NCBI GenBank assembly: GCA_965652295.1
Contig: CBFGTS010000007.1
Coordinates: forward strand, 64,001-128,000
Source: an uncultured Haloferula sp.
Lineage (GTDB): Bacteria > Verrucomicrobiota > Verrucomicrobiia > Verrucomicrobiales > Akkermansiaceae
Length of the DNA stretch: 64,000 nucleotides
Reading direction: 5' to 3'
Within the stretch, counting starts at the first letter, position 1, and every line of letters starts with the position of its first letter. Positions 38,417-48,206 of the stretch are shown here, in pieces. The position numbers were made by a program, and so were the translations under genes. Under the pieces are notes generated by a model. The model searched no databases. It saw only the letters and a program-made list of their open reading frames with translations, and had not been told where the DNA came from.

Positions 38417-39604
38417 TCAGAAGGAAGGGAGGGCGGCGATGGCGCGATCGAGGGCCTCGTCGTGGTGGGTGTAGCGGCCATGCACGCCGGCGCTGCTGTG
38501 TCCGGTGAGGCGCTGGCGCACGTCGGCGTGAATGTCGGCCTCGGCGAGCCAGGAGGCGAAGCTATGGCGGAGGCTGTGAAAGCTCCGGCGTTTTACCACG
38601 TCGCCGGCCTCGGTGATTTCCCGCGCTACCCCGGCCCGCTCCATGAGTCGGGTGAATTGGGTGGAAAGGGTGCCGGTTTTTGTCCCCTTCAGGGAGGGGA
38701 AGAAAGCTCCCTCGCGTTCTCCGATCCATGCGAGGCAAGGGGGTGTGAGGGGGACCGTGAGGGTCTTCCGGCTCCGCTTCGTCTTCTCAGGGCGGATCAC
38801 CAGCCGGGAGCCCTCGAGGTGCTCTCGTCCGAGTCGGATCACGTCGCCAAGCCGCAGACCAGTGTGGGCAGCGATGAGGATCACACCGCGCCATTCGTCG
38901 GACGTGCCGGGATGATCGAGCATGGCGCGGACCTCCTGAGTGGTGAAAGGGGCGCGTTCGGTGCTGTCGTCGGTGGGAAGGGGGCGGATACCTTCCGCAG
39001 CGTTGGCCTTGGCGAGTCCCGCATCGACCGCGTCGCGGAGGGCCCGGCGGAGGCACCGGAGGTCAAGGTTGGCGGTGGCGGCTGTGACGGTGCGGCCGCT
39101 GCCCTTCACCTTGGTCTTCACGATCTTGCCGATGGCCTTCTCAATGTCCGCCTGTTTGAGGTCTCCGACGGCGCTGGCGGCGAGCTTCGGACCGAGAGCG
39201 GCCACGATGCGGCGTTCCATGTCCTTATAGACCCGGAGGGTGCTCTCGGAGACGTGCGGGGCCTGGCGTTTCACCCAGCCGGCGAGGTGTTCCGCGAGGG
39301 TGACGTCCACAAAATCCGGGTTCGCCACCTTGTGGAGCTTTCGGATGAGTTCCTCAGCCCGGGCAAGGGTGAGTTCGCCGGCCGCGGCTTCCCGGGTGGC
39401 GGCATCCACTACCGCGGCAAAGGCCTTGGGGAGGTGGGAGTTGCTCTTCCGCTTCTCGCGCTCCTTCGCCTCGAAGTCGGCAGCGATCTCGCGGGCCTCA
39501 CGCTTCTTGGGTGTCCTGGTCGACCTCGAAATCCGCTTCCCGTCGGCATCGATGAAGCGGGCGAACCAGTTCGGGTTGTCGGGATCTCGGTAGAGGGTAG
39601 CCAT
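38417..39604 (-). CDS. int: Tyrosine integrase, 395 aa
   Basis: Catalytic R (GLRLGD), K, HSLRH, GHS and Y all present; N-terminal arm domain; adjacent to the att site. Confidence 0.95.
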   Translation of the reverse strand: MATLYRDPDNPNWFARFIDADGKRISRSTRTPKKREAREIAADFEAKEREKRKSNSHLPKAFAAVVDAATREAAAGELTLARAEELIRKLHKVANPDFVDVTLAEHLAGWVKRQAPHVSESTLRVYKDMERRIVAALGPKLAASAVGDLKQADIEKAIGKIVKTKVKGSGRTVTAATANLDLRCLRRALRDAVDAGLAKANAAEGIRPLPTDDSTERAPFTTQEVRAMLDHPGTSDEWRGVILIAAHTGLRLGDVIRLGREHLEGSRLVIRPEKTKRSRKTLTVPLTPPCLAWIGEREGAFFPSLKGTKTGTLSTQFTRLMERAGVAREITEAGDVVKRRSFHSLRHSFASWLAEADIHADVRQRLTGHSSAGVHGRYTHHDEALDRAIAALPSF

Positions 39605-39616
39605 CGGAGCGGGGCT

Positions 39617-39672
39617 GACTGAACACGATACTGAACAGACTGAACAGGAAAGCACGGGAAAAGTGTTCAGTT
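39617..39672. repeat. ACTGAACA x3 direct plus one inverted copy; putative arm-type sites, right end
   Basis: Copies at 39618, 39630 and 39639; inverted GTGTTCAGTT at 39663-39672. Confidence 0.7.
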
Positions 39673-39710
39673 GGCCTAGAATCCATTGCGGCTCTAAGGC
39701 TGTGGTGTAA

Positions 39711-39787
39711 TAGGTCGTAGGTTCGAACCCTACCGCCGGAGCCAATGAAGGGCGCTGATTCTCAACGAGTCAGCGCCCTTCGCCTTT
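39711..39787 (+). repeat. Right attachment site (duplicated tRNA-Asn 3' end plus terminator)
   Basis: 76/77 identity to 21080-21156. Confidence 0.95.
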
Positions 39788-39815
39788 CCTGAGGGCGAAA
39801 TCGAGGTGAACATTC

Positions 39816-40127
39816 GTGAAAGAAATGCGCGGCGATTTGCCTCGTGATCCGGATAGTGGACGGGAAGATTTCGTTTTGATGAAAAACCTGGAAGATGCCT
39901 TTATCGAGCTTGATGACGCCTTGGAGCGCGCAGTCGCAGCCGGTCTTGCCCTGAGGCAGTTGAGGACCAGTCGGATCCACGAAGTGTGGACTCCCGACAT
40001 CGGCTCCGAACTCGAGCCTCTCCTCAAGGAGATGTCGGATGCCTGCCATCTGCTGTACCAGGCAAATGAGACGGTCGAACTCATGAACCGGGAACGACTC
40101 AACTCCGCCGTATCGAGAGACGCTTGA
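39816..40127 (+). CDS. Small helical hypothetical protein
   Basis: Fills the gap between the right att and the S41 gene; start may be 39879. Confidence 0.45.
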   Translation: MKEMRGDLPRDPDSGREDFVLMKNLEDAFIELDDALERAVAAGLALRQLRTSRIHEVWTPDIGSELEPLLKEMSDACHLLYQANETVELMNRERLNSAVSRDA

Positions 40128-40184
40128 GTTTCACCCCGCGCCGCTTTCGGCGCTCGGGCATGCTGTTGGGAGGTGCCCTTTTTT

Positions 40185-41387
40185 TCAACGTGGAGCGGCC
40201 AATCTTTCCAGAGCGGTGCGGAGAACGGGATCGGTCCAGTCGTCAAGGCGGCGCTCTTCTTCGGCGGTGAGCGAGGTTCGGCGGAAAGAGAGAGCGATCT
40301 TCTCGCGGGTGGCGTCATCGGTTTCCACGGTCACGTCGGGCTCGATCCCGGTGAGATGGGGTGTCCTGCCACTGGGGGTGTGGTAGGTGGCGATGGTGAG
40401 GCGCAGGGCAGTGCCGCCGCCCATCGGGATGATGTTCTGAACCGAGCCTTTCCCGTAGGAGAGTTCACCGATGACTTCGGCCCGCTTGAGATCCTGCAAT
40501 GCTCCCGCCGTAAGTTCGGAGGCGGACGCGGAGCCGCGATCGATGAGGACGACGAGCGGGTAGTCACGCTTCTGGCGCTGTCGGTCCGGAGTCCGGAGGG
40601 TTTCATCGGTCCCGCCACGGGCGCGGGTGGTGACGACTTCAGTGTCGGGCGGCAGAAAAAGACCGAGGATTTTCACCGTGGCGGCGAGCGATCCGCCGGG
40701 GTTGCCGCGGAGGTCGAGGATGAGGCGCTGCATGCCGCCTTCTTCCATTTCGTCGAGAGAGGCCTCGATTTCACGCGGAGCGGCGTCGGTGAATTCCGCG
40801 AGCCGAAGGTAACCGGTGTCGGTCTCGGGGATCAGGTGGAAATCAGTCACCGCGCGGGTGGGGACAGCGTGGTGGGTGAGTTCGACCTCGATCGGCTTCG
40901 GCGCGGCAGGGGACTTGAGTGTCAAGGTGGAGGTCTCGCCGGGTTCCTGGCGGAGGGCGTTGAGGGTGGCGGCGAGATCGGTCACCGGAAGCCCGTCGAT
41001 TTCCAAAAGAGCCGAGCCCGGGATCAGCTCGGCGGCGGTGGCAGGGGAGCCGGGGAGGACTTGGGCGAGGTAGGCACCGTCGTCGCGCCACCCGAGGACG
41101 AGGCCGAGGGATGGAAGCGAAGGGTCGAGGTCGGGATCGGCCTTCATCATGGCCGCCATTTCCGGGTGGATGAAGGATGAGTGGGGATCGAGCGAGGCGA
41201 GCATGCCTTCCAGCGCGTGATTCACGAGGCGGTCGTAGGCCAGCTTGTCGACATCAGGGTGGCGCTGGCGGACCTGTTCGAGCACCTCGACGAAACGCTC
41301 GATCGCCGGATAGGCGGCTTCCTCCGGATCCGGCGGGGATTGGGCGAGAAGCGGGGTGCAGAGGGAGAGGAGAAGCAGATGTCGCAC
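40185..41387 (-). CDS. S41 family C-terminal processing protease (CtpA-like)
   Basis: LDPHS, PDZ domain, DLRGNPGG, SASASE, YGKGSVQ. Confidence 0.93.
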   Translation of the reverse strand: MRHLLLLSLCTPLLAQSPPDPEEAAYPAIERFVEVLEQVRQRHPDVDKLAYDRLVNHALEGMLASLDPHSSFIHPEMAAMMKADPDLDPSLPSLGLVLGWRDDGAYLAQVLPGSPATAAELIPGSALLEIDGLPVTDLAATLNALRQEPGETSTLTLKSPAAPKPIEVELTHHAVPTRAVTDFHLIPETDTGYLRLAEFTDAAPREIEASLDEMEEGGMQRLILDLRGNPGGSLAATVKILGLFLPPDTEVVTTRARGGTDETLRTPDRQRQKRDYPLVVLIDRGSASASELTAGALQDLKRAEVIGELSYGKGSVQNIIPMGGGTALRLTIATYHTPSGRTPHLTGIEPDVTVETDDATREKIALSFRRTSLTAEEERRLDDWTDPVLRTALERLAAPR

Positions 41388-41440
41388 GCGAGGATGTTGC
41401 CGATTCCACGCGCTGGTGCGAAGGGAGAAGTGGGGTGGTG

Positions 41441-41695
41441 TTAATCGGTGTGCCGGCGGAGCCAGGCTGCCGCGTACCCGCAGATGGGGCGGATTTTGAG
41501 GCCGCGGGCGCGGGCGATTTCCACAAGTCCCTGCATCAGGCGCCCGGCGGTGCCCTGACCCCGTAGGGCGGGGTCGGCCTCGACGTGGGGAATCACCAGG
41601 GTGTCGCCCTCAAGGCGGTAATCGGCGAAGGCGAGCTTGTCCTGCTCGACCAGCTCGAAGCGCTGGAGCCTGGGGTTGTCCGTGACGCCATACAT
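41441..41695 (-). CDS. Small GNAT-like acetyltransferase (YjdJ-like)
   Basis: HVEADPALRGQGTAGRL...PICGYA. Confidence 0.85.
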   Translation of the reverse strand: MYGVTDNPRLQRFELVEQDKLAFADYRLEGDTLVIPHVEADPALRGQGTAGRLMQGLVEIARARGLKIRPICGYAAAWLRRHTD

Positions 41696-41698
41696 GAC

Positions 41699-42070
41699 TC
41701 AGATGCGGGTCAGCCAGGTCTCGGCATCGGTCTCGGCGCTGAGGGGGAAGGCTTTGACTTCGAGATTGGGGAAAAGATGCCCTTCCCACTCGCTGACATT
41801 TCGCAGCCAGTTTTTGTCGGCCAGGATGGCGGCGCGCCGGAATCGCTTCATGAGGTGCAACATCTTCGGCATGCGGGAGATCTCCAAGGCCATCGCTCCC
41901 GGCGTGGGGATGTGGAAGTCGTCGATGCGATAGAGCATCGTGCCGGTCCCGTCCTCGATCGTTTCGGCCTGGGCGGCAAATTCATCGAGAACCTCGCGCA
42001 TGGTATCGCGGTCGAGTTTGCCGCCGAAGGTGATGTCGAGGTGGTTGCCGGTGCGGTGGATCTTGAACAT
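41699..42070 (-). CDS. SpoIIAA-like (STAS/SEC14) protein
   Basis: GKLD...FRRAAILADKNWL...LEVKAF...AETWL. Confidence 0.8.
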   Translation of the reverse strand: MFKIHRTGNHLDITFGGKLDRDTMREVLDEFAAQAETIEDGTGTMLYRIDDFHIPTPGAMALEISRMPKMLHLMKRFRRAAILADKNWLRNVSEWEGHLFPNLEVKAFPLSAETDAETWLTRI

Positions 42071-42134
42071 GACGGAAGTGGTTCGGTTCATGATACCGAT
42101 CGCACGCTTCGACGCCCTGCGCAAAGAAAGCATT

Positions 42135-43007
42135 TCATGACCGCCGGCGGCGGAGCATGAGCGAGCCCAAGGGTAGGAGCAGGAGAATCCCCGAGGGCTC
42201 CGGGACGGCGACGATCCCGGTATTTTCCGTGATCCACGGGAAGAAGGAGTCGAGGTAGGTCGCACCACTGATCGCGCCGTAGCGGCTGTTGGTGCCCTGC
42301 GGACGGCTGTCGAGGGTGCTGCGGAAGCTGGCGATGCCGACCAGTCGCGGGACGCCGTTGATGGTCACGAATACCCCGCCGCCGCTGTCGCCTGGCGCCA
42401 CCGCACCTTCCAAGGCACTGGCCAGAGAGGAGGAGCCGGGTGCGTTGTCGAGGTCGTTGCCGCTGTCGAAATCGGAGAGAATCGAGGAGCCGGGAAGGCC
42501 TTCGTAGTCGGGATGATCGCCGAACACGTCGATGACATTGGTGAAGGCGCGCGTCTCGATCACCGGATTGGCACCCGAAGTGCCGGTGCCGGTGAAACCG
42601 GTGCCGACCCAGGTGGCGTCGAGGCCGATCACATCGGTCGGCGTGCCGAACTGATTCATACTGGCGGCAGGGACGTTGCCCACCGCGGTCTGAAGGAAGA
42701 GCAGCCCGAGATCGGAGCTTGGAAACGAGAAATCTGGATGGGGAATGGCGGTGGTGACCGAGTAGATCGTCCCGCCGAGGGTGAAGGTGCCGCTGCCGGA
42801 TTTACCTTGGGCGATATGTCCGGCCGTGAGCACCCAGCGATCCCCGATCAGGACGCCGGAGCCTTGAAGCCCGGGGCCGCCGACCGTGCCGACAGAAGGA
42901 AACTGGGTGGCGAGGTCGCGGGAAAGCTGCGGATCGACCGAATCGAGGAGAGTTGAACCGAAAGCCATGGGCATTCCGAGCAGGCCGACGAGGAGGCGGA
43001 AAAGCAT
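42135..43007 (-). CDS. Trypsin-like serine protease with PEP-CTERM sorting signal
   Basis: WVLTAGH, DLGLL, GDSGGG; C-terminal VPEP + TM + RRRR. Confidence 0.92.
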   Translation of the reverse strand: MLFRLLVGLLGMPMAFGSTLLDSVDPQLSRDLATQFPSVGTVGGPGLQGSGVLIGDRWVLTAGHIAQGKSGSGTFTLGGTIYSVTTAIPHPDFSFPSSDLGLLFLQTAVGNVPAASMNQFGTPTDVIGLDATWVGTGFTGTGTSGANPVIETRAFTNVIDVFGDHPDYEGLPGSSILSDFDSGNDLDNAPGSSSLASALEGAVAPGDSGGGVFVTINGVPRLVGIASFRSTLDSRPQGTNSRYGAISGATYLDSFFPWITENTGIVAVPEPSGILLLLPLGSLMLRRRRS

Positions 43008-43117
43008 GACTTATGGAATAGGTGGAACCGGTTCGATAAGACACTTCTTTCTGAGCTGACGATGAGATTTCAGAAGTGCTGAGTCGTGGCGGTGACAATG
43101 AGCAGCTTGTTGTCCGT

Positions 43118-44911
43118 CTAGCCCAGAAGCGATCTGGCGAGCGAATAGCCGGATTTGTCCGGAGCTTTGCCGTTGGCGGAAAGGAGTTGCTCGCAGCGGT
43201 GCGCGCCGCGGTCGCAGATGTACTGGGCGATCTGAATCGAGTGTCTGTCCCCGAGGTGATGGGCGCGGGCGGCGGAGACGCTCATGGTGAGCAGCTCGGC
43301 GGCGGTATCGACGAGGCGTCCCAGGAGGAGCTGCTGGCGGTCGAGTTTCGGACCGTATCTTGCCATGGAGTGGAAGATGGCGCGGGCAAGCCGACGACTC
43401 AGCGACGCGGTGCGGCGCATGGAGGACTTGAGGCCGCCGTCGAGGTCGTGGGGGAGTTTGCCGGAAACCGGCAGCCAGCGCTGCGGATACCAGCGGGCGT
43501 AGTGAAGGCCGGCGGAAACGGCGGTTTTCGCGCGCTCGGACATGGGTTTGCGGGTGTCAAGAGCGGCGGCCCCGCGGCGCAGATGGGGATCGAGCGCCTC
43601 ACGGGCGATGAAGAGATGCATGATTTCGGTGGATCCCTCGAAGATCGTGTTGATACGGGAATCGCGGAGAAGGCGTTCGATGGGGTCGGGCTTTTCGCCG
43701 CGGCTGCGGAGTGAGTCCGCGGTTTCATAGCCACGTCCACCTTTGATCTGCATGGTGGAATCGACGCCGTGCCAGCCGGCTTCGGTGCCCCAGAGCTTGG
43801 CGATGGCGGCTTCCATGCGGATGTCCGAGGAGTGGTCGCGGTCGACCAGGGCGGAGGTGAAAAGTACGAGGCTCTCCGTAGCGAAGGCGTCGGCGGCGAG
43901 ATCGGCCAGCTTGGCGGCGATGGCGGCGTGTTTGCCGATTTCCTGGCCCCACTGGACGCGGGTGCGTGACCAATCGAGCGCCATATCGAGACAGCGGTCG
44001 AGCAAACCGACGCAGGCGGCGGGGAGGGTGAGACGTCCGGTGTTGAGGGTGGTGAGTGCAACCTTGAGGCCCTTGCCGACGCCACCGACGACGTTCTCGT
44101 TTGGGATCCGGACATCGGTGAAACGAATCACGCCATTGTAGAGCGCCTTGAGGCCCATGAAGTGACAGCGGTTGACGATCTCGACGCCGGGCCAGTTGGT
44201 CTCGACGATGAAGGCGGTAGTCGCGTGCGGCTTCTCCTCGGTCCGGGTGCGTGCCATGACGATGACCGCGTCGGATTTGAGGACGTTCGTGCACCAGAGT
44301 TTCTCGCCGTTGAGCACCCAGCCATCGCCGGTGTATCGCGCCTCGGTTTTCATCCGGGCGGGATCGGATCCGACTTCCTTTTCGGTGAGGGCGAAGGCGG
44401 AAATGGAGCCGGCGGCGCAGCGGGTGAGGTATTTCTTTTTCTGCGCCTCGGTGCCGAAAACGAGCAGGGGCTGCGGCAGGCCGATCGACTGGTGGGCGGA
44501 AAGCAGTGCGGTGAGGTTGCCGCAATGGCTGCCGAGCACCATGGCGGCGCGGGAGTAGTTGGTTTGGGAAAGCCCGAGGCCTCCGTATTCAGCCGGGATC
44601 TTGATGCCGAAGGCTCCGAGGCGGGCGAGCCCTTCGATCACATGGTCGGGGATCTCGCCGTCGCGATCGATGGCGTCGGGATCGGTTTCGTTTTCAAGAA
44701 AGTTGCGGAGTTTCGAAATGAACTCGTCGCCAGCGGCGCGGTCGTCGTCCGGCTGGGCGGGAAAGGGGAAGATGAGGGAGAAGTCGGGCGAGCCGTTGAA
44801 GACGGAGGCGGCGAAACCGGAGAGTTCGCGGGTATCACGCGAGGACTCCGCGAGCTCGAGCGCGGCGCGCTGGCCCTCGGTCATTTTGGAGGTGTCGATC
44901 AGGCTGCTCAT
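43118..44911 (-). CDS. Acyl-CoA dehydrogenase (long-chain type)
   Basis: AFALTEKEVGSD, LNGEKLWCTN, QIKGGRGY, IFEGSTEI. Confidence 0.93.
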   Translation of the reverse strand: MSSLIDTSKMTEGQRAALELAESSRDTRELSGFAASVFNGSPDFSLIFPFPAQPDDDRAAGDEFISKLRNFLENETDPDAIDRDGEIPDHVIEGLARLGAFGIKIPAEYGGLGLSQTNYSRAAMVLGSHCGNLTALLSAHQSIGLPQPLLVFGTEAQKKKYLTRCAAGSISAFALTEKEVGSDPARMKTEARYTGDGWVLNGEKLWCTNVLKSDAVIVMARTRTEEKPHATTAFIVETNWPGVEIVNRCHFMGLKALYNGVIRFTDVRIPNENVVGGVGKGLKVALTTLNTGRLTLPAACVGLLDRCLDMALDWSRTRVQWGQEIGKHAAIAAKLADLAADAFATESLVLFTSALVDRDHSSDIRMEAAIAKLWGTEAGWHGVDSTMQIKGGRGYETADSLRSRGEKPDPIERLLRDSRINTIFEGSTEIMHLFIAREALDPHLRRGAAALDTRKPMSERAKTAVSAGLHYARWYPQRWLPVSGKLPHDLDGGLKSSMRRTASLSRRLARAIFHSMARYGPKLDRQQLLLGRLVDTAAELLTMSVSAARAHHLGDRHSIQIAQYICDRGAHRCEQLLSANGKAPDKSGYSLARSLLG

Positions 44912-44917
44912 GGCGGT

Positions 44918-46873
44918 TCACTTACTGGATTTATCGTAGATGGGTCCGCCGCGGAAAGGGGCGAAGCCGGTGCCGAGGACCATGGCGAGGTCGATGTCGT
45001 CGGCGGACTCGGCGACGCCCTCGTCGAGGCAGCGGCTGGCTTCGTCAGCCATGAGTTGCGCGAGGCGGCTTTGGAGATCCCGCGGGGCGGCTTCGGAGCC
45101 GGAGCGCAGGCTGAGGGCCTGCGGCGAGGGTTCGTGGCCCTTTTTTCCGTAGTGATAGAATCCCCTGCTGGTTTTGCGGCCGAGGTGCCCGGCCTCGACG
45201 AGCTTTCCGGCGATGGCGGGGACGCGCATCCGGTCGGGGAAGGCGGCGGCGAGGGTGCGGGCGACGTGGACGGCGACGTCGAGGCCGACCTCGTCGAGCA
45301 ATCGCAGCGGGCCCATGGGCATGCCGTAGTCGAGCATGGCGTCATCGATGACCTTCGGGTTGCCGCCCTTTTCGAAGATGTCGGCGGCCTCGACGAGGTA
45401 GGGGAGGAGGATGCGGTTGACGAGGAAGCCGGGCGAATCTTTGACCAGCACGGGCGTTTTGCCGATGCGGCGGACGAAAGCGATGGCGGTGGCGATGGCT
45501 TCGTCGGAAGTGGCAGGTGTGCGCACGACTTCGACGAGCTGCATGCGGTGGACGGGATTGAAGAAGTGAAGGCCGAGCAGGCGCGAGGGGTTGTCGATGG
45601 CATCCGCGAGTTCGTGGATCGGGAGGGCGGAGGTGTTGGTGGCGAGGATGGCGCCGGAGCTGGTGCGCTGCGAAAGATCGGCGAAGATCTTCTTTTTAAT
45701 GGCGAGTTCTTCGGATGCGGCCTCGATGACAAGCTGGCAGCGGTGGAGCGGAACCGGCTTCGCGGTGGCACGGACGCGGTCGTATCCACGGGCGGCTTCG
45801 GTCGCGGTGAGGATGTGCTTCTTACGGGATGTCTCGTAGTTCTGTGAAATGCGGTCCATACCGGCGGCGACGGCTTTTTCTGAGATATCGCGCAGGACGA
45901 CATCAACCCCCCGCGTGCTCAGCCAGTAGGCGATGCCGGCCCCCATGACGCCGGCTCCGATTACTGCGGTGCGGTCGATCGGACGCGGGTCGGCATCGGT
46001 GTAGCGGTATTTTTTGGCGCGCTCCGTGAGATGGAAGAGGCGCATCAGGCTGGCGGTTTCCGGACGACCGGCGAGGTGCAGGATGGCGTCCTTTTCGCGG
46101 GCGAAGGAGGCGTTTTGTGATCCGGAGACGGCGTGACACATGACCTCGAGCGCGGCGGGCTGGGCGGGGTAGAGGCCGCGGGTTTTATCTTCCAACGAAC
46201 CGGTGGCGTTCTTGCGGATGATCGCGACCGAGACGGGGTTGTGGAGGAGGGGGTGGCGGGGCGCGGAACGGATGCCGTTTTTGAGAAAACCGAGGGAGTG
46301 GGACTGGAGGTGCTCGTGCGGGACGACGGCGTCGACCAGACCCTTGCGGCGGGCGGCTTCCGGTTTGAGGAGCTTGCCGCCGAGGACGAGGGGGAGGGCG
46401 GTGGGCAGGCCGACGAGGCGGGGGAGGCGTGTGGATCCGCCCCAGGCGGGGAGGATGCCGAGCTTGGTTTCGGGCAGGCCGATGCGGGTTTTCGAGGAAT
46501 CCGAAGCGACGCGCCAGTCGCAGGCGAGGGCGAGTTCGTAGCCGCCGCCGACGCAGGCACCATGGATCGCGGCGACGGTGGGAATGGAGAGGTTTTCGAG
46601 ACGGTTGAAGACGCGGTGGCCGAGATCGATGAGCGAGGCGAGTTCGTCGCCGGTGGCCTTGGAAAGGGTGTCGAGATCGGCTCCGGCAATGAAGATGGAG
46701 GGCTTTGCGGAGCGGATGAGGAGACCCTTGAGACCTTTGTCGGCGGCAATCTGGTCGAGGAAATCGGAGAGTTCGTGAAGGGTGCCACGGTCGAAGATGT
46801 TGGCGGATGAGCCCTCACGGTCGAAGGTGAGGGTGGCGATGCCGTGGTCGGTGGTGAGGGAGAGGTTGGACAT
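44918..46873 (-). CDS. Fatty-acid oxidation complex alpha subunit (enoyl-CoA hydratase/3-hydroxyacyl-CoA dehydrogenase, FadJ/FadB-like)
   Basis: FIAGAD, GGGYELAL, GAGVMG, GLHFFNP. Confidence 0.93.
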   Translation of the reverse strand: MSNLSLTTDHGIATLTFDREGSSANIFDRGTLHELSDFLDQIAADKGLKGLLIRSAKPSIFIAGADLDTLSKATGDELASLIDLGHRVFNRLENLSIPTVAAIHGACVGGGYELALACDWRVASDSSKTRIGLPETKLGILPAWGGSTRLPRLVGLPTALPLVLGGKLLKPEAARRKGLVDAVVPHEHLQSHSLGFLKNGIRSAPRHPLLHNPVSVAIIRKNATGSLEDKTRGLYPAQPAALEVMCHAVSGSQNASFAREKDAILHLAGRPETASLMRLFHLTERAKKYRYTDADPRPIDRTAVIGAGVMGAGIAYWLSTRGVDVVLRDISEKAVAAGMDRISQNYETSRKKHILTATEAARGYDRVRATAKPVPLHRCQLVIEAASEELAIKKKIFADLSQRTSSGAILATNTSALPIHELADAIDNPSRLLGLHFFNPVHRMQLVEVVRTPATSDEAIATAIAFVRRIGKTPVLVKDSPGFLVNRILLPYLVEAADIFEKGGNPKVIDDAMLDYGMPMGPLRLLDEVGLDVAVHVARTLAAAFPDRMRVPAIAGKLVEAGHLGRKTSRGFYHYGKKGHEPSPQALSLRSGSEAAPRDLQSRLAQLMADEASRCLDEGVAESADDIDLAMVLGTGFAPFRGGPIYDKSSK

Positions 46874-46920
46874 GAAAGTTTGTTGGTTTTCAGTGTTCCG
46901 TTTTCAGGTCCGCTGGTGCG

Positions 46921-48150
46921 TCAACGTTCGAGGAAAAGGGCGGCACCCTGGCCTCCGCCGACGCAGAGGGTGCAGAGGGCGCGGTGGGCCTTGAGTTCGC
47001 GGAGTTGATCGAGCGCGGTAAGGACGAGGCGGGCTCCGGTGGCTCCGACGGGGTGACCGAGAGCGATGGCTCCGCCGCGGCGGTTGAGGATTTCCGAAGG
47101 GATGTCCCAACCGGTGCGGGAAAGCTCTTTCAAGACGGCGATGGCTTGGGCGGCGAAGGCTTCGTTGAGTTCGACGATTTCGGCGCTGGCGGGATCGACG
47201 CCGCGGTGACGGAGGCGGGCGATGGCATGGACGGGGCCGAGGCCCATGCGGGCGGGATCGCAGCCGCTGTAGGCGAAGGCGGTCAGACGACCGAGCGGCT
47301 CAAGGCCAAGCCGCTGGGCGGCGGCTTCGGTGCCGACGAGCAGGGCGACGGCTCCATCGGTGATCTGCGAGCTGTTGCCGGCGGTGACGGTGCCGGTGCG
47401 CTTGTCGAAAATGGGACGGAGCTTTGCGAGTCGTTCGGGCGTGGAATCGTCGCGGATGCCGTTGTCGGCGGTGACCGCCTTGCCGTGGAGATGGACGGGG
47501 GAAATCTCGGTCTTGAGGGCGTCCATGGCGTTGAGGGCCTTGCGGTGGGACTCGGCGGCGAACGCATCCTGTTCGCTACGAGAGATATCGTACTCGCGGG
47601 CGAGGACCTCGGCGGTGTCGCCCATGATCATGCCGGAGACGGGATCGGTGAGGCCGAGTTGGAGGCCGATGCGGGGTTTGAAATCGGCGGTGGTGAACGA
47701 GCTCAGGGCGGAGAGCTTCTGGCCCAGCGACCTGGCGCGCTGGAGACGGGCGAGTTTTTTTGCGGTGGCGTGGGGGTAGAGGAGCGGGATGCGGGACATG
47801 CTCTCGGTGCCACCGACGAGGAAGAGATCGCCGTGACCGCTGGCGGCGCGCTGGGCGGCGGTGGTGATGGCTTCCATGCCGGAGGCGCAGTTGCGGTGGA
47901 CGGTGGCGGCGGGCACGTGCTGTGGAACGCCGGCGCGGAGGGCGATGACGCGGGCGATGTTGGCGGCGTCGGCGGGTTGGGCGACGCAGCCGAAGATGAC
48001 CTCGGAGATTTCACCGGGGTCGATGCCGGTCTGCGTGAGTACGGCGGCGGCGGCGTGCCGACCGAGATCGGCGGCGTCGAGCGGGTCGAGGTCGCTGCCC
48101 ATGCGGCAGAAAGGAGTGCGGGTGCCGGCGAGGATGAAGAGGGGTGACAT
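46921..48150 (-). CDS. Acetyl-CoA C-acyltransferase (thiolase, FadI/FadA-like)
   Basis: NCASG, NEAFA, GHPVGATG, CVGGG. Confidence 0.95.
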   Translation of the reverse strand: MSPLFILAGTRTPFCRMGSDLDPLDAADLGRHAAAAVLTQTGIDPGEISEVIFGCVAQPADAANIARVIALRAGVPQHVPAATVHRNCASGMEAITTAAQRAASGHGDLFLVGGTESMSRIPLLYPHATAKKLARLQRARSLGQKLSALSSFTTADFKPRIGLQLGLTDPVSGMIMGDTAEVLAREYDISRSEQDAFAAESHRKALNAMDALKTEISPVHLHGKAVTADNGIRDDSTPERLAKLRPIFDKRTGTVTAGNSSQITDGAVALLVGTEAAAQRLGLEPLGRLTAFAYSGCDPARMGLGPVHAIARLRHRGVDPASAEIVELNEAFAAQAIAVLKELSRTGWDIPSEILNRRGGAIALGHPVGATGARLVLTALDQLRELKAHRALCTLCVGGGQGAALFLER

Positions 48151-48206
48151 GGGAGAAGATGGAAGATGGTGATTGCGAGCTGAAGCTCGCGGTCCGATGA
48201 GGGCGG

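Larger units (their letters stand above)
21080..39787. mobile_element. Integrative element of 18,631 bp in tRNA-Asn; candidate phage satellite carrying DNA-ejection genes
   Basis: 77-bp direct repeats, tyrosine integrase next to the right repeat, xis, rep with iterons, HicAB and virion ejection genes; no recognisable capsid, terminase, portal or tail. Confidence 0.93.

Noticed and set aside
39711..39744. Second tRNA gene
   Set aside because: Only the 3' portion is present; it is the att duplication.
39605..39745. N-terminal extension of the integrase in the ORF track (start 39745)
   Set aside because: It runs through the att core and arm repeats; the ATG at 39604 gives a normal integrase N-terminus.
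21080..39787. Complete prophage or conjugative element (ICE/IME)
   Set aside because: No recognisable terminase, portal, capsid, tail, holin, relaxase or T4SS genes. A decayed prophage is not fully excluded, but intact att sites and coupled junctions argue against it.
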